In this document: piece by piece, positions 37,164-48,730 of the stretch
How positions within the stretch are numbered: position 1 is the first letter of the stretch
Layout: each line of letters begins with the position of its first letter
NCBI GenBank assembly: GCA_965248055.1
Contig: CBDFIJ010000004.1
Coordinates: 1,024,001 to 1,088,000, forward strand
Source of the DNA: Candidatus Multivoradales bacterium
GTDB lineage: Bacteria > Acidobacteriota > Thermoanaerobaculia > Multivoradales > JAHEKO01
DNA: 64,000 nucleotides
Direction: 5' to 3'
The notes under the pieces: model-generated
Database searches by the model: none
What the model was told of the DNA's origin: nothing
Seen by the model: the letters and a program-made list of their open reading frames with translations, nothing else
Translations under genes and position numbers: made by a program

Positions 37164-38717
37164 CTATTGGACGGCGATCTCGGTGACCGCCTGATTCTTC
37201 CGGAGAACGACCCATTCGTTCTCTTTGTTCAGCCAAGCTGGCCGATACCCTCCCAGATTCGATGGTTTTTTCTCAGTTGTGACGACCCAAACGGCTCCCG
37301 CCCTCCCCACTCCGATGTCCTGAGCGAAGTTCTCGCCTTGGTTTCCTACCGGTTCAGCTTTGCCATCTTGGCCAAAGGTCCAGACCGCGCCTTTGGAATC
37401 GACCGTATAGGCCTTGCCGTCCTGCCCCACCGCGATCCGCACTCCGGCGGCGGTGCCCCCTGCGGTGCCCCACGACTGGGTTTTCGCATCCTTCAACCAC
37501 TTCGGTGCATAACCGCCCGGCCGCTCTTCGGTACTGATGACCCAGACCGTGCCGTCGGCACCGACTCCGATGTCTTTGGCGAACTCTTCCCCTTCGGGCG
37601 ACAGTAGATCGCCGCCGCCCGCTTGAAGTAGCGTCCAGACCTTGCCTCCCGAGTTGACCGTGTACGCAATTCCGTCGGGCGCCACCGCAAGCCGCACCGC
37701 CGCCGCGTTCCCCCGAAGGGTTACCCAGGACTTAGACACCAGGTCTTTCAACCACATCGGCGCATAGCCGCCCGGCCGCTCCTCGTTGCCGATAATCCAA
37801 ACTGTACCGTCAGCACCGACCCCTATGTCTTTCGCAAATTTCGCCTCAGGCGAATACTTCACCCCCCTTCCTTGCGCAAAGAGACTGTAAACATCGCCAA
37901 ACGAGTTCACGGAAAACGCCGTGGAGGACTGTAGGAGGAGCGAGTTGATACTGCGAATCTTCTCGGCTGCCGGCCCGGGCACCTCGTCATACGCATACCG
38001 AAATACTTGCTCATCCCTGTACGTCGTCCAGAAGGGGCCGACGAAATAATCAGGATCGTGCTCTATCGATGCGGTGACGAAATACTCTCCAATGTCGTTC
38101 AAGAAGTCTGGTTGGTTTTCCCTGAAGGTCGCCTTGAAAAAAAAGTGCCGCTCCTTGGCCGCACTCGCGCTGCTGAGTGCCCTCCTCCAGTGTCCTGCTG
38201 CGGTTGCGTCATGTTTATGCCCCACACTGGTCCAGATGCCGATGTAGTCAACCGCCTCCGCCAGGTGCATAGCGTTGGTTCTGCCCCCAAAGTCGGGGTT
38301 CATCGCAGCCATGGTTGGCTTGCCAGGCGCGGCGCTTTGGATCTCTTTGGAGATCTTGTTGATCTTGGTCACGGTCTCCTTTTTTGCAAGCTGCAGCCAG
38401 ATCTGGAATCCCCAGGCAGCATCCTTTGTCTCTTCGACCGCGTCCCTGGTATTCGTGCCCCATTGGTACCCATCCTTCTGCACATAATCCGAAAGGTCGG
38501 AGAGCCAATGCAGCCCGGCATCCTTCACCAAATCAATAAACGCAGGGTAGTTGTCGTGGAGCGCCGCCTTGTCAAACATGACGGCGTTGAAGTTGCAGTC
38601 GATCAGGTTTCTGAGTAGCTTCAGAAAATCGGCCTCCGTCGTTGGCCAAACGGCGCCTCCACCGTAGCCATTGCCCCCAAAGACTGTCAAATGGTCCTTT
38701 TTCTCTGTCATCTGCAT
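37164..38717 (-). CDS. Protein with uncharacterised N-terminal domain and C-terminal tectonin-like beta-propeller repeats (cargo gene)
   Basis: Three repeats of FA(K/Q)DIGVG.DG.VW....E..PGGY.P.WL alternating with R(L/I)AV..DG.AYTV.S.G.VW. Confidence 0.75.
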   Translation of the reverse strand: MQMTEKKDHLTVFGGNGYGGGAVWPTTEADFLKLLRNLIDCNFNAVMFDKAALHDNYPAFIDLVKDAGLHWLSDLSDYVQKDGYQWGTNTRDAVEETKDAAWGFQIWLQLAKKETVTKINKISKEIQSAAPGKPTMAAMNPDFGGRTNAMHLAEAVDYIGIWTSVGHKHDATAAGHWRRALSSASAAKERHFFFKATFRENQPDFLNDIGEYFVTASIEHDPDYFVGPFWTTYRDEQVFRYAYDEVPGPAAEKIRSINSLLLQSSTAFSVNSFGDVYSLFAQGRGVKYSPEAKFAKDIGVGADGTVWIIGNEERPGGYAPMWLKDLVSKSWVTLRGNAAAVRLAVAPDGIAYTVNSGGKVWTLLQAGGGDLLSPEGEEFAKDIGVGADGTVWVISTEERPGGYAPKWLKDAKTQSWGTAGGTAAGVRIAVGQDGKAYTVDSKGAVWTFGQDGKAEPVGNQGENFAQDIGVGRAGAVWVVTTEKKPSNLGGYRPAWLNKENEWVVLRKNQAVTEIAVQ

Positions 38718-38820
38718 TGCTCCTGTTCATGGTCGTGAAGGCTGTAGAGGACACGACGTGCTTCACTGAACGAGCCCAAGGCGCCGACCAGCAGAAACCC
38801 AAGCGCCTGCCCAGCTTCCA

Positions 38821-38851
38821 AACTGACTAACTGACTAACTGACAGTCAGTT
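38821..38851. promoter_or_regulatory. AACTGACT x3 ending in palindrome AACTGAC-A-GTCAGTT (operator-like)
   Basis: About 100 bp upstream of the tectonin-like gene. Confidence 0.45.
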
Positions 38852-38890
38852 TAGCCGCAGTCGGGGGGATAAGCACGATCAACTACCGTC

Positions 38891-38921
38891 AAAGAAAGAG
38901 GCCCCGGAACTCCGGGGCCTT
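38891..38921 (-). terminator. Intrinsic terminator of dinB-like gene
   Basis: AGGCCCCGGA-GT-TCCGGGGCCT-CTTTCTTT. Confidence 0.8.
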
Positions 38922-38948
38922 CAATACTGTGAGAACTAGGGACCGAAA

Positions 38949-39614
38949 CTAGGAGTCGCTATCGTCTCCACCATCTTCGTCGCCAGCGTAGTCGTCATCT
39001 TCGCTGTCGTCACTATCTCCATCGTCATCAGCCGCAGCATCCTGAGGAACGCTCCAAGGCGGAACAACACCGATCGAACGGGCATAGGCGATCGACTGAC
39101 CCAAATGCTCGTGTGCATGACTCATCAAAATCAGCAGGTAGGCACGCTTAGTCTGCGGTTGCGGGCCAAACAGCTGAATCTCGGTATCTAGGTCGGTAAT
39201 CGTCGGGACGGCTGCTTTGACGTACTCCAATGATTCTTTGAGCTTGGCGATCACCGCGTCCTTCTCGGTGAGTTCGGCTTCCCACTTGCCCAGCAAGGAG
39301 AACGGTCCTCCGTCTTCCTGCGATGGAAGTTCGAGACCCTCTGGCAACTCTGCCCCCATAAAAGACGGCAGTAGTAGGTTGACACCGGTAATGTGCGCGT
39401 AGACCTCACTCACGGTGCGGACATCAACGCTGGGATTCCAACCGTATTGGTCCGCTGGTACCGCTTCGGCGAGTTCGACGACTCGACCAACGGTGAACTC
39501 GAGGTTGGCGACGACGTCGGAGGCAAATCCCGACATCTCATCTTGTGCCTGAACGGTAGGCACCAGAGCGAACATACAAACCAGCGCCAGCGCGCTCACG
39601 ATAATTTTCTTCAT
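38949..39614 (-). CDS. Exported DinB/DUF664-family protein with acidic tail
   Basis: LAEAVPADQYGWNP, RTVSEVYAH, HAHEHLGQSIAYARSIGVVPPWS. Confidence 0.85.
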   Translation of the reverse strand: MKKIIVSALALVCMFALVPTVQAQDEMSGFASDVVANLEFTVGRVVELAEAVPADQYGWNPSVDVRTVSEVYAHITGVNLLLPSFMGAELPEGLELPSQEDGGPFSLLGKWEAELTEKDAVIAKLKESLEYVKAAVPTITDLDTEIQLFGPQPQTKRAYLLILMSHAHEHLGQSIAYARSIGVVPPWSVPQDAAADDDGDSDDSEDDDYAGDEDGGDDSDS

Positions 39615-39792
39615 CTCAGTCTCAACTCCTTCTAGGTTGATTGAATATTGCCGCGCTAATGACCACGCGCTGATCAGTTTACGACGCTACCCCGCTTGTG
39701 GTTGCATCGGGAGAAGTGTATTGCCAACAAATTAGTCGCTAGGCCCAGCGTGGCGACGACCATTCAAACCACCAACTGTATCCTTCAGCCAG

Positions 39793-39824
39793 AAACAAAC
39801 AGGGCGGAGACCAGCCCCGCCCTG
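39793..39824 (-). terminator. Intrinsic terminator of M2 peptidase gene
   Basis: CAGGGCGG..CCGCCCTG hairpin followed by TTTGTTT. Confidence 0.7.
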
Positions 39825-39847
39825 GCGGAATCATGATCGCTGGAAGG

Positions 39848-41770
39848 CTACCAACCGCAGGTCATGCCCTCGTTCTGCTCGTCGAGCCACTCATGCAGCG
39901 GTGCGAAGTAGTCGAGAATCGCGGTGGCGTCCATCTCGCGCTGACCGGTGAGCACTTCAAGTGCATCCGGCCACGGCTGACTCTGCCCCATCTCCAACAT
40001 CTCATTGAGCTTGGCTCCCGCCTCTTCGCTGCCATAGATGGTGCAACGATTGAGCGGCCCTTCATAACCAGCTAGGTCGCACAGGGCACGATGAAACTGA
40101 AACTGCAGGATGTGAGCGAGAAAGTAGCGGGTGTACGGCGTGTTGCCAGGAACATGGTATTTGGCGCCCGGATCGAAATCCGCTTCGCTGCGCTCGACCG
40201 GAGGCACGATTCCTTGGTACTTCTCGCGCAGATCCCACCAACCTTGATTGTACTCTCCTTCGCTGATTTCACCGGAAAAGACCTTCCAACGCCACTGATC
40301 GACCAGCAGACCGAACGGCAAGAACGCGACCTTGTCCAGGGCATCGCGCAGCAACAGTGCGATGTCCTTGGAAGCCGGAGGCTCTTCGTCGATCAAACCC
40401 AGTTGGACCAAATAGGCCGGGGTCACGGAGAGCGCGATGGCATCACCGATCGCTTCGTGGAAGCCATCATTGGCGCTACTGCGCAGGGTCAAAGGCTGCT
40501 GATTGTAGGCGCGCTGATAGAAGTTATGGCCCAGCTCGTGATGAATGGTGTTGAAGTCTTCGGAATCAACCTTGATGCACATCTTGATGCGCAGATCATC
40601 GAGGTTGTCGAGATCCCAGGCGCTGGCGTGGCAGACGACTTCGCGATCCTGCGGCTTGACGAATAGGGAACGGTCCCAGAAGGTGTCGGGCATGGGATCA
40701 AACCCCAAAGAGGTGAAGAAGGCCTCACCCTGCTCGACCATTTTGATTGCGTCGTACTCGTTGTCCACCAGCAACTGCGTCAGATCGTAACCCGGATCTG
40801 CATCGCTACCGGCGACCACGTCGAAGACATTGCCCCACTGCTGCGCCCAAATGTTGCCAAGCAAGTGCGCTGGAATCGGCTGATCCAGTCCAACCACATC
40901 TTCGCCGTAGTGCTCAGACAGTTGCGAGCGTACGTAGCAGTGCAGGGATTCATAGAGCGGGTTGACTTGGCCCCAAAGACGATCTAGCTCGGCGGCAAAA
41001 TCATCGGGATCCATGTCGTAGTCGGAGCGCCACAGGGATCCGGTGTCCGAAAATCCAAGTTCTTCTGCACCTTGATTGGTCAGCTCTACAAAACGCTGGT
41101 AGTCGTCACGAATCGCAGGCGAAGTGGAACGCCACTGCACCCAGGCTTCCTCCAGCTCAGCGGCATCACGACTCTCAGCGAGAATCCGGGTGAAATCGAC
41201 AATATCCCGGCAGCCCTCGTCTCCCGGCTCCGTTTCCTCAGGGCACCAGGATGCGCTGCCATAGTTGGATTCCATCCCGGCAGCGATCTGCGTCAATTCA
41301 CGAGTCAGGTCCGGGTCGCCGGGGGCCGGCATCGAGAATCCTCGCTGCATGACCGCGATCTGGCGCGCCACGGTCGGGGTCATGTCTTCGATACCGTTGT
41401 AAGCGGCGGCCTCTTTGGCCAGTTCGACACTGCGAGCAATCGCGACCTCGTTGGCCTGCGCCGACAAGATCTCGGTATCCCCAGTGATGAAGTTCTGCTG
41501 TACCCACGCTGCGCGAGCTGCCCGATCGTAGAGGTCGGCCAGATCGGCGTTGGCCGCTTCGACAAAAGCCGCGGCGTCGTCAGCGGTCAGTACCACGGGT
41601 GCGGCGACTTCAGGAGCAGCCGCTGCCGGGGCTGATGCTTCAGAGGGCGCCGCAGGAGCCGCCGGAGTAGCCTCGTGAACATTGATGCCAAAGGCACATC
41701 CGCTCGCCAGCAACAGGATCGCCAACGATCCCCCCAATCCAATTGAATTCATCTTTATCTTCATCAGCAA
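39848..41770 (-). CDS. M2-family peptidyl-dipeptidase A (ACE-like) lipoprotein
   Basis: PAHLLGNIWAQQW, CHASAWD, HHELGH, GFHEAIGD, FDPGAKYHV. Confidence 0.95.
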   Translation of the reverse strand: MLMKIKMNSIGLGGSLAILLLASGCAFGINVHEATPAAPAAPSEASAPAAAAPEVAAPVVLTADDAAAFVEAANADLADLYDRAARAAWVQQNFITGDTEILSAQANEVAIARSVELAKEAAAYNGIEDMTPTVARQIAVMQRGFSMPAPGDPDLTRELTQIAAGMESNYGSASWCPEETEPGDEGCRDIVDFTRILAESRDAAELEEAWVQWRSTSPAIRDDYQRFVELTNQGAEELGFSDTGSLWRSDYDMDPDDFAAELDRLWGQVNPLYESLHCYVRSQLSEHYGEDVVGLDQPIPAHLLGNIWAQQWGNVFDVVAGSDADPGYDLTQLLVDNEYDAIKMVEQGEAFFTSLGFDPMPDTFWDRSLFVKPQDREVVCHASAWDLDNLDDLRIKMCIKVDSEDFNTIHHELGHNFYQRAYNQQPLTLRSSANDGFHEAIGDAIALSVTPAYLVQLGLIDEEPPASKDIALLLRDALDKVAFLPFGLLVDQWRWKVFSGEISEGEYNQGWWDLREKYQGIVPPVERSEADFDPGAKYHVPGNTPYTRYFLAHILQFQFHRALCDLAGYEGPLNRCTIYGSEEAGAKLNEMLEMGQSQPWPDALEVLTGQREMDATAILDYFAPLHEWLDEQNEGMTCGW

Positions 41771-41869
41771 TTCTCCTTGATTCTTGTTCCAGCTTGTTCT
41801 CTTGGATTTCTTGAAATCGCCCCAATCGCACCTAGCCCGATCATCGACATCGGGACAAGTTCAGACTGG

Positions 41870-42661
41870 TTATGAGTCGGCTGTAACTAGCTCTCGAGCA
41901 CGCTCCAGAAAGTCAGCCAAACCCATCTCCTCTTGCACTCCCAAGCGATAGTGCAAATGGCGCGACAGATAGGCGTGAGCGGTCGCAACATCCAACTCCA
42001 GTTCTTGGGCGGCGCGCGACTCGATCGCCGCTACTTCCGCGATCCCCAAATCTAGGCTTCGTTGCAGTAGAGCGACGACCTCGGGATCTTCAGCAAGTTC
42101 TTCCCGCGCCGCCCAAACAGCAAAAACAAATGGATGACCGGTCAGAGTCCTCCACTCCGCTGCCAGATCAAGAGAACGGTATCGGTTGCGGTCGATCTTG
42201 AGCGCCGGATCGCCAATCACCAAAGCGGCGTCGGCGTTTTCCAGCATGGTCTCAAGCTGCGGATCTGCGACCACCACTTCGGGTTCCACACCGTAGCGTT
42301 CTTTCAAAATGATCTTGACCAACACTACCGAGGTTCGACTATTGGCATCCAACGCCACCGAACGAATCTGGCTAATCTCGCCGGGACACACCAGCAAGAC
42401 GCTACGGACCTCGTGCGCCGAAGCGACACAAAGACCGGGCAGCCGACGAATGCCGGGAATCCGCAATAGCTCAACCGAAGGTACCAATCCGACGTCAAGC
42501 GAGCCATCGGCCAATCCATCGGCCACCCCCGAGGGCGGCAGATAGACCGGTGTGTACAGAGTCGGATCGTAGCGCTCTGTCAGTAACGCCCAAGCCAACG
42601 GCCAGGCGTTCAGATAGTCGACGACTCCGATCTTGATCTTGTTCGAACTGTCCGCAGTCAT
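41870..42661 (-). CDS. mqnA: Chorismate dehydratase (futalosine pathway)
   Basis: YLNAWPL, VRSVLL, SRTSV, LVIGDPAL, PFVFAVWA. Confidence 0.9.
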   Translation of the reverse strand: MTADSSNKIKIGVVDYLNAWPLAWALLTERYDPTLYTPVYLPPSGVADGLADGSLDVGLVPSVELLRIPGIRRLPGLCVASAHEVRSVLLVCPGEISQIRSVALDANSRTSVVLVKIILKERYGVEPEVVVADPQLETMLENADAALVIGDPALKIDRNRYRSLDLAAEWRTLTGHPFVFAVWAAREELAEDPEVVALLQRSLDLGIAEVAAIESRAAQELELDVATAHAYLSRHLHYRLGVQEEMGLADFLERARELVTADS

Positions 42662-42665
42662 CGTC

Positions 42666-44174
42666 TTATTTTGACATCGCGTTCAGGAAATCCTGATTGG
42701 TATCCATCTTCCTAAGTTTACTGAGCAACAACTCCAAGGACTCGACCGTGGAAAGGGGATTGAGCACCTTACGCAACACCCAGACACGGCGCAGTTCATC
42801 GGCTTCCATCAACAGTTCTTCCTTACGCGTCCCTGACTTGGTGATGTCGATCGCTGGGAATACCCGCTTGTCGACCAACTTACGATCGAGGTGGATCTCA
42901 CAGTTACCGGTACCCTTAAACTCTTCAAAGATCACGTCGTCCATACGACTTCCAGTGTCAACCAAAGCGGTGGCGATGATGGTCAACGAACCGCCCTCTT
43001 CGACGTTTCGCGCGGCACCGAAGAAACGCTTCGGGCGATGCAGAGCGTTGGCGTCCAAACCACCGGAAAGGACCTTGCCGGATGGCGGCTGCACCGTGTT
43101 GTAGGCGCGCGCCAAGCGAGTGATCGAATCGAGCAAGATCACCACGTCTTTGCCGTGCTCGACCAAGCGCTTCGCCTTTTCGATCACCATGTCGGCGACC
43201 TGTACGTGGCGAGTTGCCGGCTCGTCAAAGGTCGAGGAAACCACCTCACCTTGCACCGAGCGCTGCATGTCAGTCACTTCTTCCGGACGCTCGTCGATCA
43301 GCAAGACAATCAAAATCGCCTCGGGATGGTTGGCCGCCACCGAGTGGGCGATCGACTGTAACAACATGGTTTTACCGGTACGCGGTGGCGCGACGATCAA
43401 CGCACGCTGTCCTTTGCCCATCGGGGTAGTCAGATCCAGCACCCGCGAACTCATGTCCTTGGGTTGTTCGAGTCTGATCCGCTCCTCTGGATAGAGCGGG
43501 GTCAAGTTGTCAAAGAAGACCTTCTTACGCGAAATGTCAGGATGTTCGAAGTTGACCGCTTCGACTTTGATCAGCGCGAAGTAGCGCTCGCCATCTTTGG
43601 GTTGGCGCACCTGCCCGGAAACCGTGTCCCCGGTGCGCAAGTCGAAACGTCGGATCTGGCTCGGACTGACGTAAATGTCGTCCGGACCCGGAAGGTAGTT
43701 GTACTCAGGAGCCCGCAAGAAGCCGAAGCCATCGGGTAAGCATTCCAGCACGCCTTCGGCGAAGATCAGTCCGCTCTTTTCGGTCTGCGCCTGCAGCACT
43801 TTGAAAATCAACTCTTGCTTGCGCAAGCTGCCAATCCCCTCGACTTCCAGTTTCTCGGCGATCTCAGTGAGCTCGGGCAGTTTCATTTCCTTCAACGTGC
43901 GGATATCGAGCATCGGACCCCGCTCGCCCTTTCGACCACGACCCCCCTTGCGCCGGCCTCGACCATCGCCTTGGCCAGACTTGTTTCCCCCGTCGCGTGG
44001 GCGGCTCTTGGGCTGATCCTTGGACTGATCCTTGGACTCTTCCGCTACGGCCTCGTTTGAGGCATCGGTATTGTCAGAAGCCAATTTTTCGGCGGTGGGC
44101 TCCTCGGTAACTGTTTCTGAGGAAGCCGTAGCCTCTTCAGTCATGGTGAGTTCTTCTGTGGTTGATTCAGTCAT
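42666..44174 (-). CDS. rho: Transcription termination factor Rho
   Basis: [37 protein letters not shown]. Confidence 0.99.
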   Translation of the reverse strand: MTESTTEELTMTEEATASSETVTEEPTAEKLASDNTDASNEAVAEESKDQSKDQPKSRPRDGGNKSGQGDGRGRRKGGRGRKGERGPMLDIRTLKEMKLPELTEIAEKLEVEGIGSLRKQELIFKVLQAQTEKSGLIFAEGVLECLPDGFGFLRAPEYNYLPGPDDIYVSPSQIRRFDLRTGDTVSGQVRQPKDGERYFALIKVEAVNFEHPDISRKKVFFDNLTPLYPEERIRLEQPKDMSSRVLDLTTPMGKGQRALIVAPPRTGKTMLLQSIAHSVAANHPEAILIVLLIDERPEEVTDMQRSVQGEVVSSTFDEPATRHVQVADMVIEKAKRLVEHGKDVVILLDSITRLARAYNTVQPPSGKVLSGGLDANALHRPKRFFGAARNVEEGGSLTIIATALVDTGSRMDDVIFEEFKGTGNCEIHLDRKLVDKRVFPAIDITKSGTRKEELLMEADELRRVWVLRKVLNPLSTVESLELLLSKLRKMDTNQDFLNAMSK

Positions 44175-44190
44175 ATTGTTTCCTTTCGGA

Positions 44191-44775
44191 CTATGTGCTT
44201 ACGGCTACGTCGATCGCAGACCAGAGAGCGCGGAGCCCATCTCCTTTGACAGATGAGAACGGGAGAATCCCGTCGTCGCTGAGCTTGAGGCGGTTTCGGA
44301 TCTCAGCCAACGCTCCGAATCGCTTAGGACGACCGATCTTGTCGATTTTGGTTGCCACCACCAGTGGCCTATACCCGTGTTCGGCCAAGTACTCGTATGC
44401 TTGGACGTCGAGCGAAGTTGCGCCGACTTTGGCATCGACCAACTGCACAACCAACAGGTCGTCAGGGCTTTGCTGAAAGTAAGCGTCGATGAGTTCGGCC
44501 CATCGCTGACGCTCCACCTTGCTCGCCTTGGCGTAACCAAATCCGGGTAGATCAACAAAATAGATCGTGGCATTGATTAAGTAGTAGTGAACGGCTCGTG
44601 TCCGCCCAGGCGTCGACCCAACGCGGGCCAACCCTTTTCTCCCCAGCAGCTTGTTGAGCAAGCTTGATTTCCCGACGTTGGACCGGCCTACAAAGCAGAT
44701 CTGAGGTCGACCGTCGGCTGGGAATGAGCCGTTGCCGGAAACCACATGCTCAAGCTGAGCGCTCTTGACCTGCAT
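44191..44775 (-). CDS. engB: Ribosome biogenesis GTPase EngB/YihA
   Basis: [21 protein letters not shown]. Confidence 0.95.
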   Translation of the reverse strand: MQVKSAQLEHVVSGNGSFPADGRPQICFVGRSNVGKSSLLNKLLGRKGLARVGSTPGRTRAVHYYLINATIYFVDLPGFGYAKASKVERQRWAELIDAYFQQSPDDLLVVQLVDAKVGATSLDVQAYEYLAEHGYRPLVVATKIDKIGRPKRFGALAEIRNRLKLSDDGILPFSSVKGDGLRALWSAIDVAVST

Positions 44776-44853
44776 TCTTGACGATCCAATTGTTTTTACT
44801 CGCAGTCTCCAAAGAATCAGTCTTGCCGACTATTCGTGCAGGAAATTTTGAGA

Positions 44854-44890
44854 AAAAACGGTTCGGAAGAACCCGGGCAGGAAACTGCCC
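44854..44890 (-). terminator. Probable terminator after lon
   Basis: GGGCAG..CTGCCC and GGTTC..GAACC hairpins followed by TTTTTT. Confidence 0.55.
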
Positions 44891-47362
44891 TTAGTGGGCG
44901 ACCGATCCGGACTCTACAGGGGATTTCGACGACGACTCTCGAAAATCACTTTTCGACGGGGTCATTGCGACCAAGTCACCATCGAGGGCATATCTTAGTA
45001 CATCGTCCATGGTTTCGACTAGGTGGAACTGCAAAACGTCGCGCACCTCTTTCGGGAGCTCTTCCAGGTCTTTCTTGTTTTCCGCCGGCAAAATGATCTC
45101 GGTCACGCCATTGCGATAGGCGGCGAGAAGCTTGTGTTTGATACCGCCGACCGGCAACACCCGTCCTCGTAAGGTAATTTCCCCGGTCATCGCGACGTCC
45201 CTGCGCACCGCTACCTTGGCCACCGCGGATACCAGTGCCGTCGCCATGGTAATGCCCGCCGAAGGTCCATCCTTCGGGATCGCTCCTTCAGGCACGTGGA
45301 GGTGAATGTCGGTCTCGTCGAAAATTACCGGATCGATGCCCAACTCGGCACATCTGTGGCGAGTATAGGAAGCCGCGGCGCGCGCCGATTCCTGCATCAC
45401 ATCGCCGAGTTTGCCGGTCAAGGTGAGGTTTCCCTTGCCCTTGACCAAGCTGACTTCGGTTTCCAGCATTTCGCCGCCAAATTCGGTCCAAGCCAGCCCA
45501 ATCGAAACTCCTATTTCAGGTTCGTTTTGCTGCTTCCAGGGACGGAACTTGATCGCGCCGAGGTACTCGTTGAGATCGTCAGCAGTGATCTTCACCTTGA
45601 TCTCCTTGCGCTTTTTCTTGTCAGGAGTTTCTTCGACGATTTGTCGCGCCACCTTGCGGCAGACTCGGGCGATCTCGCGCTCAAAGTTACGTACCCCTGC
45701 CTCGCGGGTATAACTGTCAATCAATGCGTGCAGCGCATCGTCGTCAACTGTCACTTGATCGGCACCCAGGCCGTGGGCCTTCAACTGCTTGGGAAGAATG
45801 AATCCGCGAGCGATCTCCATCTTCTCGGCCAGGGTATAGCCGGTTAGCTGGATCACTTCCATACGATCTTTGAGCGCCGGCGGAATCGGGTGCGAAACAT
45901 TGGCGGTGGCGATAAACATCACCTTGGAGAGGTCGTACTCGGTATCCAGGTAGTGATCGACAAAGGCATCGTTCTGCTCAGGATCCAAGACCTCGAGCAA
46001 AGCCGAAGACGGGTCGCCGCGAAAATCCATCGACATCTTGTCGACCTCGTCCAACAAGAACACTGGATTGACAGTGGTCGCCTTCTTCATCAGTTGAATG
46101 ATCTGGCCTGGAAAGGCACCGATGTAGGTTCGTCGATGACCGCGAATCTCAGCCTCGTCGCGCACGCCACCCAACGAAAAACGGACAAATTTGCGGCCCA
46201 TCGCCCGGGCAACCGACTTCGCTAGAGAGGATTTACCGACCCCAGGAGGTCCGACAAAACACAGGATCGAACTCTGTGTCTGCTGGGTCAACTGCCGGAC
46301 AGCGAGAAATTCAAGCACCCGCTCTTTGATCTTGTCCAAACCGTAGTGGTCTTGGTCCAAAACGCTCTGAGCCCGTTTTAGGTCACGATTTTCCCGGCTC
46401 TGCTTCTTCCAGGGTACACCCACCAACCAGTCGATGTAGTTACGAGAAACCGTGGCTTCCGCCGAGACCGCAGGCATGGCGTCCAGGCGATTGAGCTCCT
46501 GGAGCGCCTTCTCCTGGGCCTCCTTGGGCATGCCGCAGGATTCCACCTCTTCGCGCAGGCGTTCAATTTCACCGCTGCGGTCATCTTTCTGACCCAGCTC
46601 TTCATGAATCGCCTTGACCTTCTCGTTGAGGTAGTACTCCTTCTGCGCCTTCTCCATCTGCTTTTTGACCTGAACGTTGATTCGTTTATCAATGTTGGCC
46701 TTTTCGATCTCAACGTCGAGTAGGTCATGTACCCGCTGCAAACGGTCGTAGGGGTTGAGAATCTCCAGCAAGGTTTGCTTCTCGGAAGTGGGCACCATTA
46801 GGAACGCCGCCAGGGCGTCAGCCAACTCGCCGGGACCCTCGGCTTCGATGGTCGAAGCCACGCCCTCTAGGGTTGCGTGCTGGGCAACCTTGGCGTACTG
46901 CTCAAAAGCCGCCAACACCTTGGCCATGTATTCGTCGATCTGCGCATCCTCTGGATAATCGATGTCAAAGGATTCGCCGACCGCGTAGTGGACTCCGTCG
47001 ACCTCCGCGACTTCTCTCATCTCAGCGCGTTTCTTGGCCCGCACCATCACCTTGACATTGCCGTTGGGTAGCTTGACGTTCTGCACCACCTTGGCAATCA
47101 CGCCGACTGTAAACATCTCGTCAAAAGTCGGTTCGTCAATCCGCGGGTCGCGCTGGGCGACCAAGAAGATCTGCTTCTTGTGCTCAGAGAAGCTCTTGCC
47201 CAGGGCCTCGACCGACGCTTCTCGACCGACGATGAACGGTCCCATCATCCGCGGAAAGACCACCATGTCGCGCAGCGGCAATAGCGGAAGGCGGAATTCC
47301 TTAGGGGTGACGAAAGTTCCGGTCCGTGAATTCTCGGTCGCGGGTGGTTTCTTCTCAGCCAT
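44891..47362 (-). CDS. lon: Lon protease
   Basis: [28 protein letters not shown]. Confidence 0.98.
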   Translation of the reverse strand: MAEKKPPATENSRTGTFVTPKEFRLPLLPLRDMVVFPRMMGPFIVGREASVEALGKSFSEHKKQIFLVAQRDPRIDEPTFDEMFTVGVIAKVVQNVKLPNGNVKVMVRAKKRAEMREVAEVDGVHYAVGESFDIDYPEDAQIDEYMAKVLAAFEQYAKVAQHATLEGVASTIEAEGPGELADALAAFLMVPTSEKQTLLEILNPYDRLQRVHDLLDVEIEKANIDKRINVQVKKQMEKAQKEYYLNEKVKAIHEELGQKDDRSGEIERLREEVESCGMPKEAQEKALQELNRLDAMPAVSAEATVSRNYIDWLVGVPWKKQSRENRDLKRAQSVLDQDHYGLDKIKERVLEFLAVRQLTQQTQSSILCFVGPPGVGKSSLAKSVARAMGRKFVRFSLGGVRDEAEIRGHRRTYIGAFPGQIIQLMKKATTVNPVFLLDEVDKMSMDFRGDPSSALLEVLDPEQNDAFVDHYLDTEYDLSKVMFIATANVSHPIPPALKDRMEVIQLTGYTLAEKMEIARGFILPKQLKAHGLGADQVTVDDDALHALIDSYTREAGVRNFEREIARVCRKVARQIVEETPDKKKRKEIKVKITADDLNEYLGAIKFRPWKQQNEPEIGVSIGLAWTEFGGEMLETEVSLVKGKGNLTLTGKLGDVMQESARAAASYTRHRCAELGIDPVIFDETDIHLHVPEGAIPKDGPSAGITMATALVSAVAKVAVRRDVAMTGEITLRGRVLPVGGIKHKLLAAYRNGVTEIILPAENKKDLEELPKEVRDVLQFHLVETMDDVLRYALDGDLVAMTPSKSDFRESSSKSPVESGSVAH

Positions 47363-47368
47363 GCTTGT

Positions 47369-48607
47369 TTATCCAGCCTTCTTGAGCAGTGCCAGTGAAT
47401 GGTCCCGCTTGTTGACGATTTCTTCGGTAATCAGACATTCCTTGATGTCGGCCTGCGAGGGCAGGTCGTACATTAGGTCCAACAGCAGGTCTTCGAGAAT
47501 AATGCGCAATCCTCGAGCCCCCACCTTGCGCTGGATCGCCTCGCGAGCAATCGCCGCCATCGCGTTGTCGGTGATCGTCAACTCGACGCCTTCCAGTTCA
47601 AACATCGCCTGGTATTGCTTGACCAAGCTGTTCTTGGGCTCGCGCAGAATCAGTACTAGGTCTTCCTCACTCAAGTCGTTGAGGGTCGCGGTGACCGGCA
47701 ACCGACCGACGAATTCCGGGATCAGTCCGTACTTCACCAAATCTTCTGGCAAAGCATGGATCAGGATCTCTCCAACGCGCTGCTCTTTGCTCTCTTTGAT
47801 GTCGGCACCGAAGCCCAACGACTTGGCGTTCAGGCGGTGCTTGATCTGCTCTTCCAGACCGACGAAAGCGCCACCACAAATGAACAAGATGTCGGTGGTG
47901 TCGATCTGTAAGAACTCCTGGTGCGGATGCTTTCGTCCACCCTGGGGCGGCACATTGCACTGGGTTCCTTCCAAAATCTTCAACAGCGCTTGTTGCACCC
48001 CTTCGCCCGAGACGTCTCGAGTGATCGACGGATTGTCGGTCTTGCGGGCAACCTTGTCGACCTCGTCAATATAGACGATGCCGCGCTGGGTCTTTTCTTT
48101 GTCGTTGCCCGACGCCTGATAGAGCTTCAGAATGATGTTCTCGACATCTTCGCCGACATAGCCGGCCTCGGTCAGCGTGGTCGCGTCGGCAATGGTGAAC
48201 GGCACCTGGAGCACCCGCGCAAGTGTCTGCGCCAACAGCGTCTTACCGGTTCCGGTCGGGCCAATCAGCATGATGTTGGACTTCTGTAGCTCAACATCAG
48301 TGCGATTCTTTTCCGAGTGCTCTACCCGCCGGTAGTGGTTGTAAACCGCGACCGAAAGTTTCTTCTTAGCGTCTTCTTGGCCGATGACGTAGTCATCTAG
48401 CAGCGCTTTGACTTCGCGCGGTTTTGGCAGCTCAGTATCGAAACCGTCATCCACAGCCCGGTCTTCAGCAATGATGTCGAGGCAGATATCCACGCACTCG
48501 TCACAGATGAATACCGTCGGACCGGCGATGAGCTTCTCAACTTCACGTTGGCTCTTGTTGCAAAAAGAACAACGGAGAGTTTCGTCGCTGGTTTCTTTCT
48601 TGGCCAT
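47369..48607 (-). CDS. clpX: ClpX ATPase
   Basis: CSFC..CDEC Zn finger, [19 protein letters not shown] loop. Confidence 0.99.
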   Translation of the reverse strand: MAKKETSDETLRCSFCNKSQREVEKLIAGPTVFICDECVDICLDIIAEDRAVDDGFDTELPKPREVKALLDDYVIGQEDAKKKLSVAVYNHYRRVEHSEKNRTDVELQKSNIMLIGPTGTGKTLLAQTLARVLQVPFTIADATTLTEAGYVGEDVENIILKLYQASGNDKEKTQRGIVYIDEVDKVARKTDNPSITRDVSGEGVQQALLKILEGTQCNVPPQGGRKHPHQEFLQIDTTDILFICGGAFVGLEEQIKHRLNAKSLGFGADIKESKEQRVGEILIHALPEDLVKYGLIPEFVGRLPVTATLNDLSEEDLVLILREPKNSLVKQYQAMFELEGVELTITDNAMAAIAREAIQRKVGARGLRIILEDLLLDLMYDLPSQADIKECLITEEIVNKRDHSLALLKKAG

Positions 48608-48730
48608 AATTCCTCCGCCCTCGGCGTTGCTTCTTAATGCGAAACAAACGCCAACGACCCATAATTCCGAGTCAGCAACAAAGTTATGACTCGGTACTCA
48701 AGCATCTTACCCGCCTGATTCTTTCAGATG

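Noticed and set aside
48668-48702. HAIR site between clpP and clpX
   Set aside because: Only one half-site (ACTCAAG); the adjacent CCGAGTCA..TGACTCGG hairpin does not give the N7 spacing
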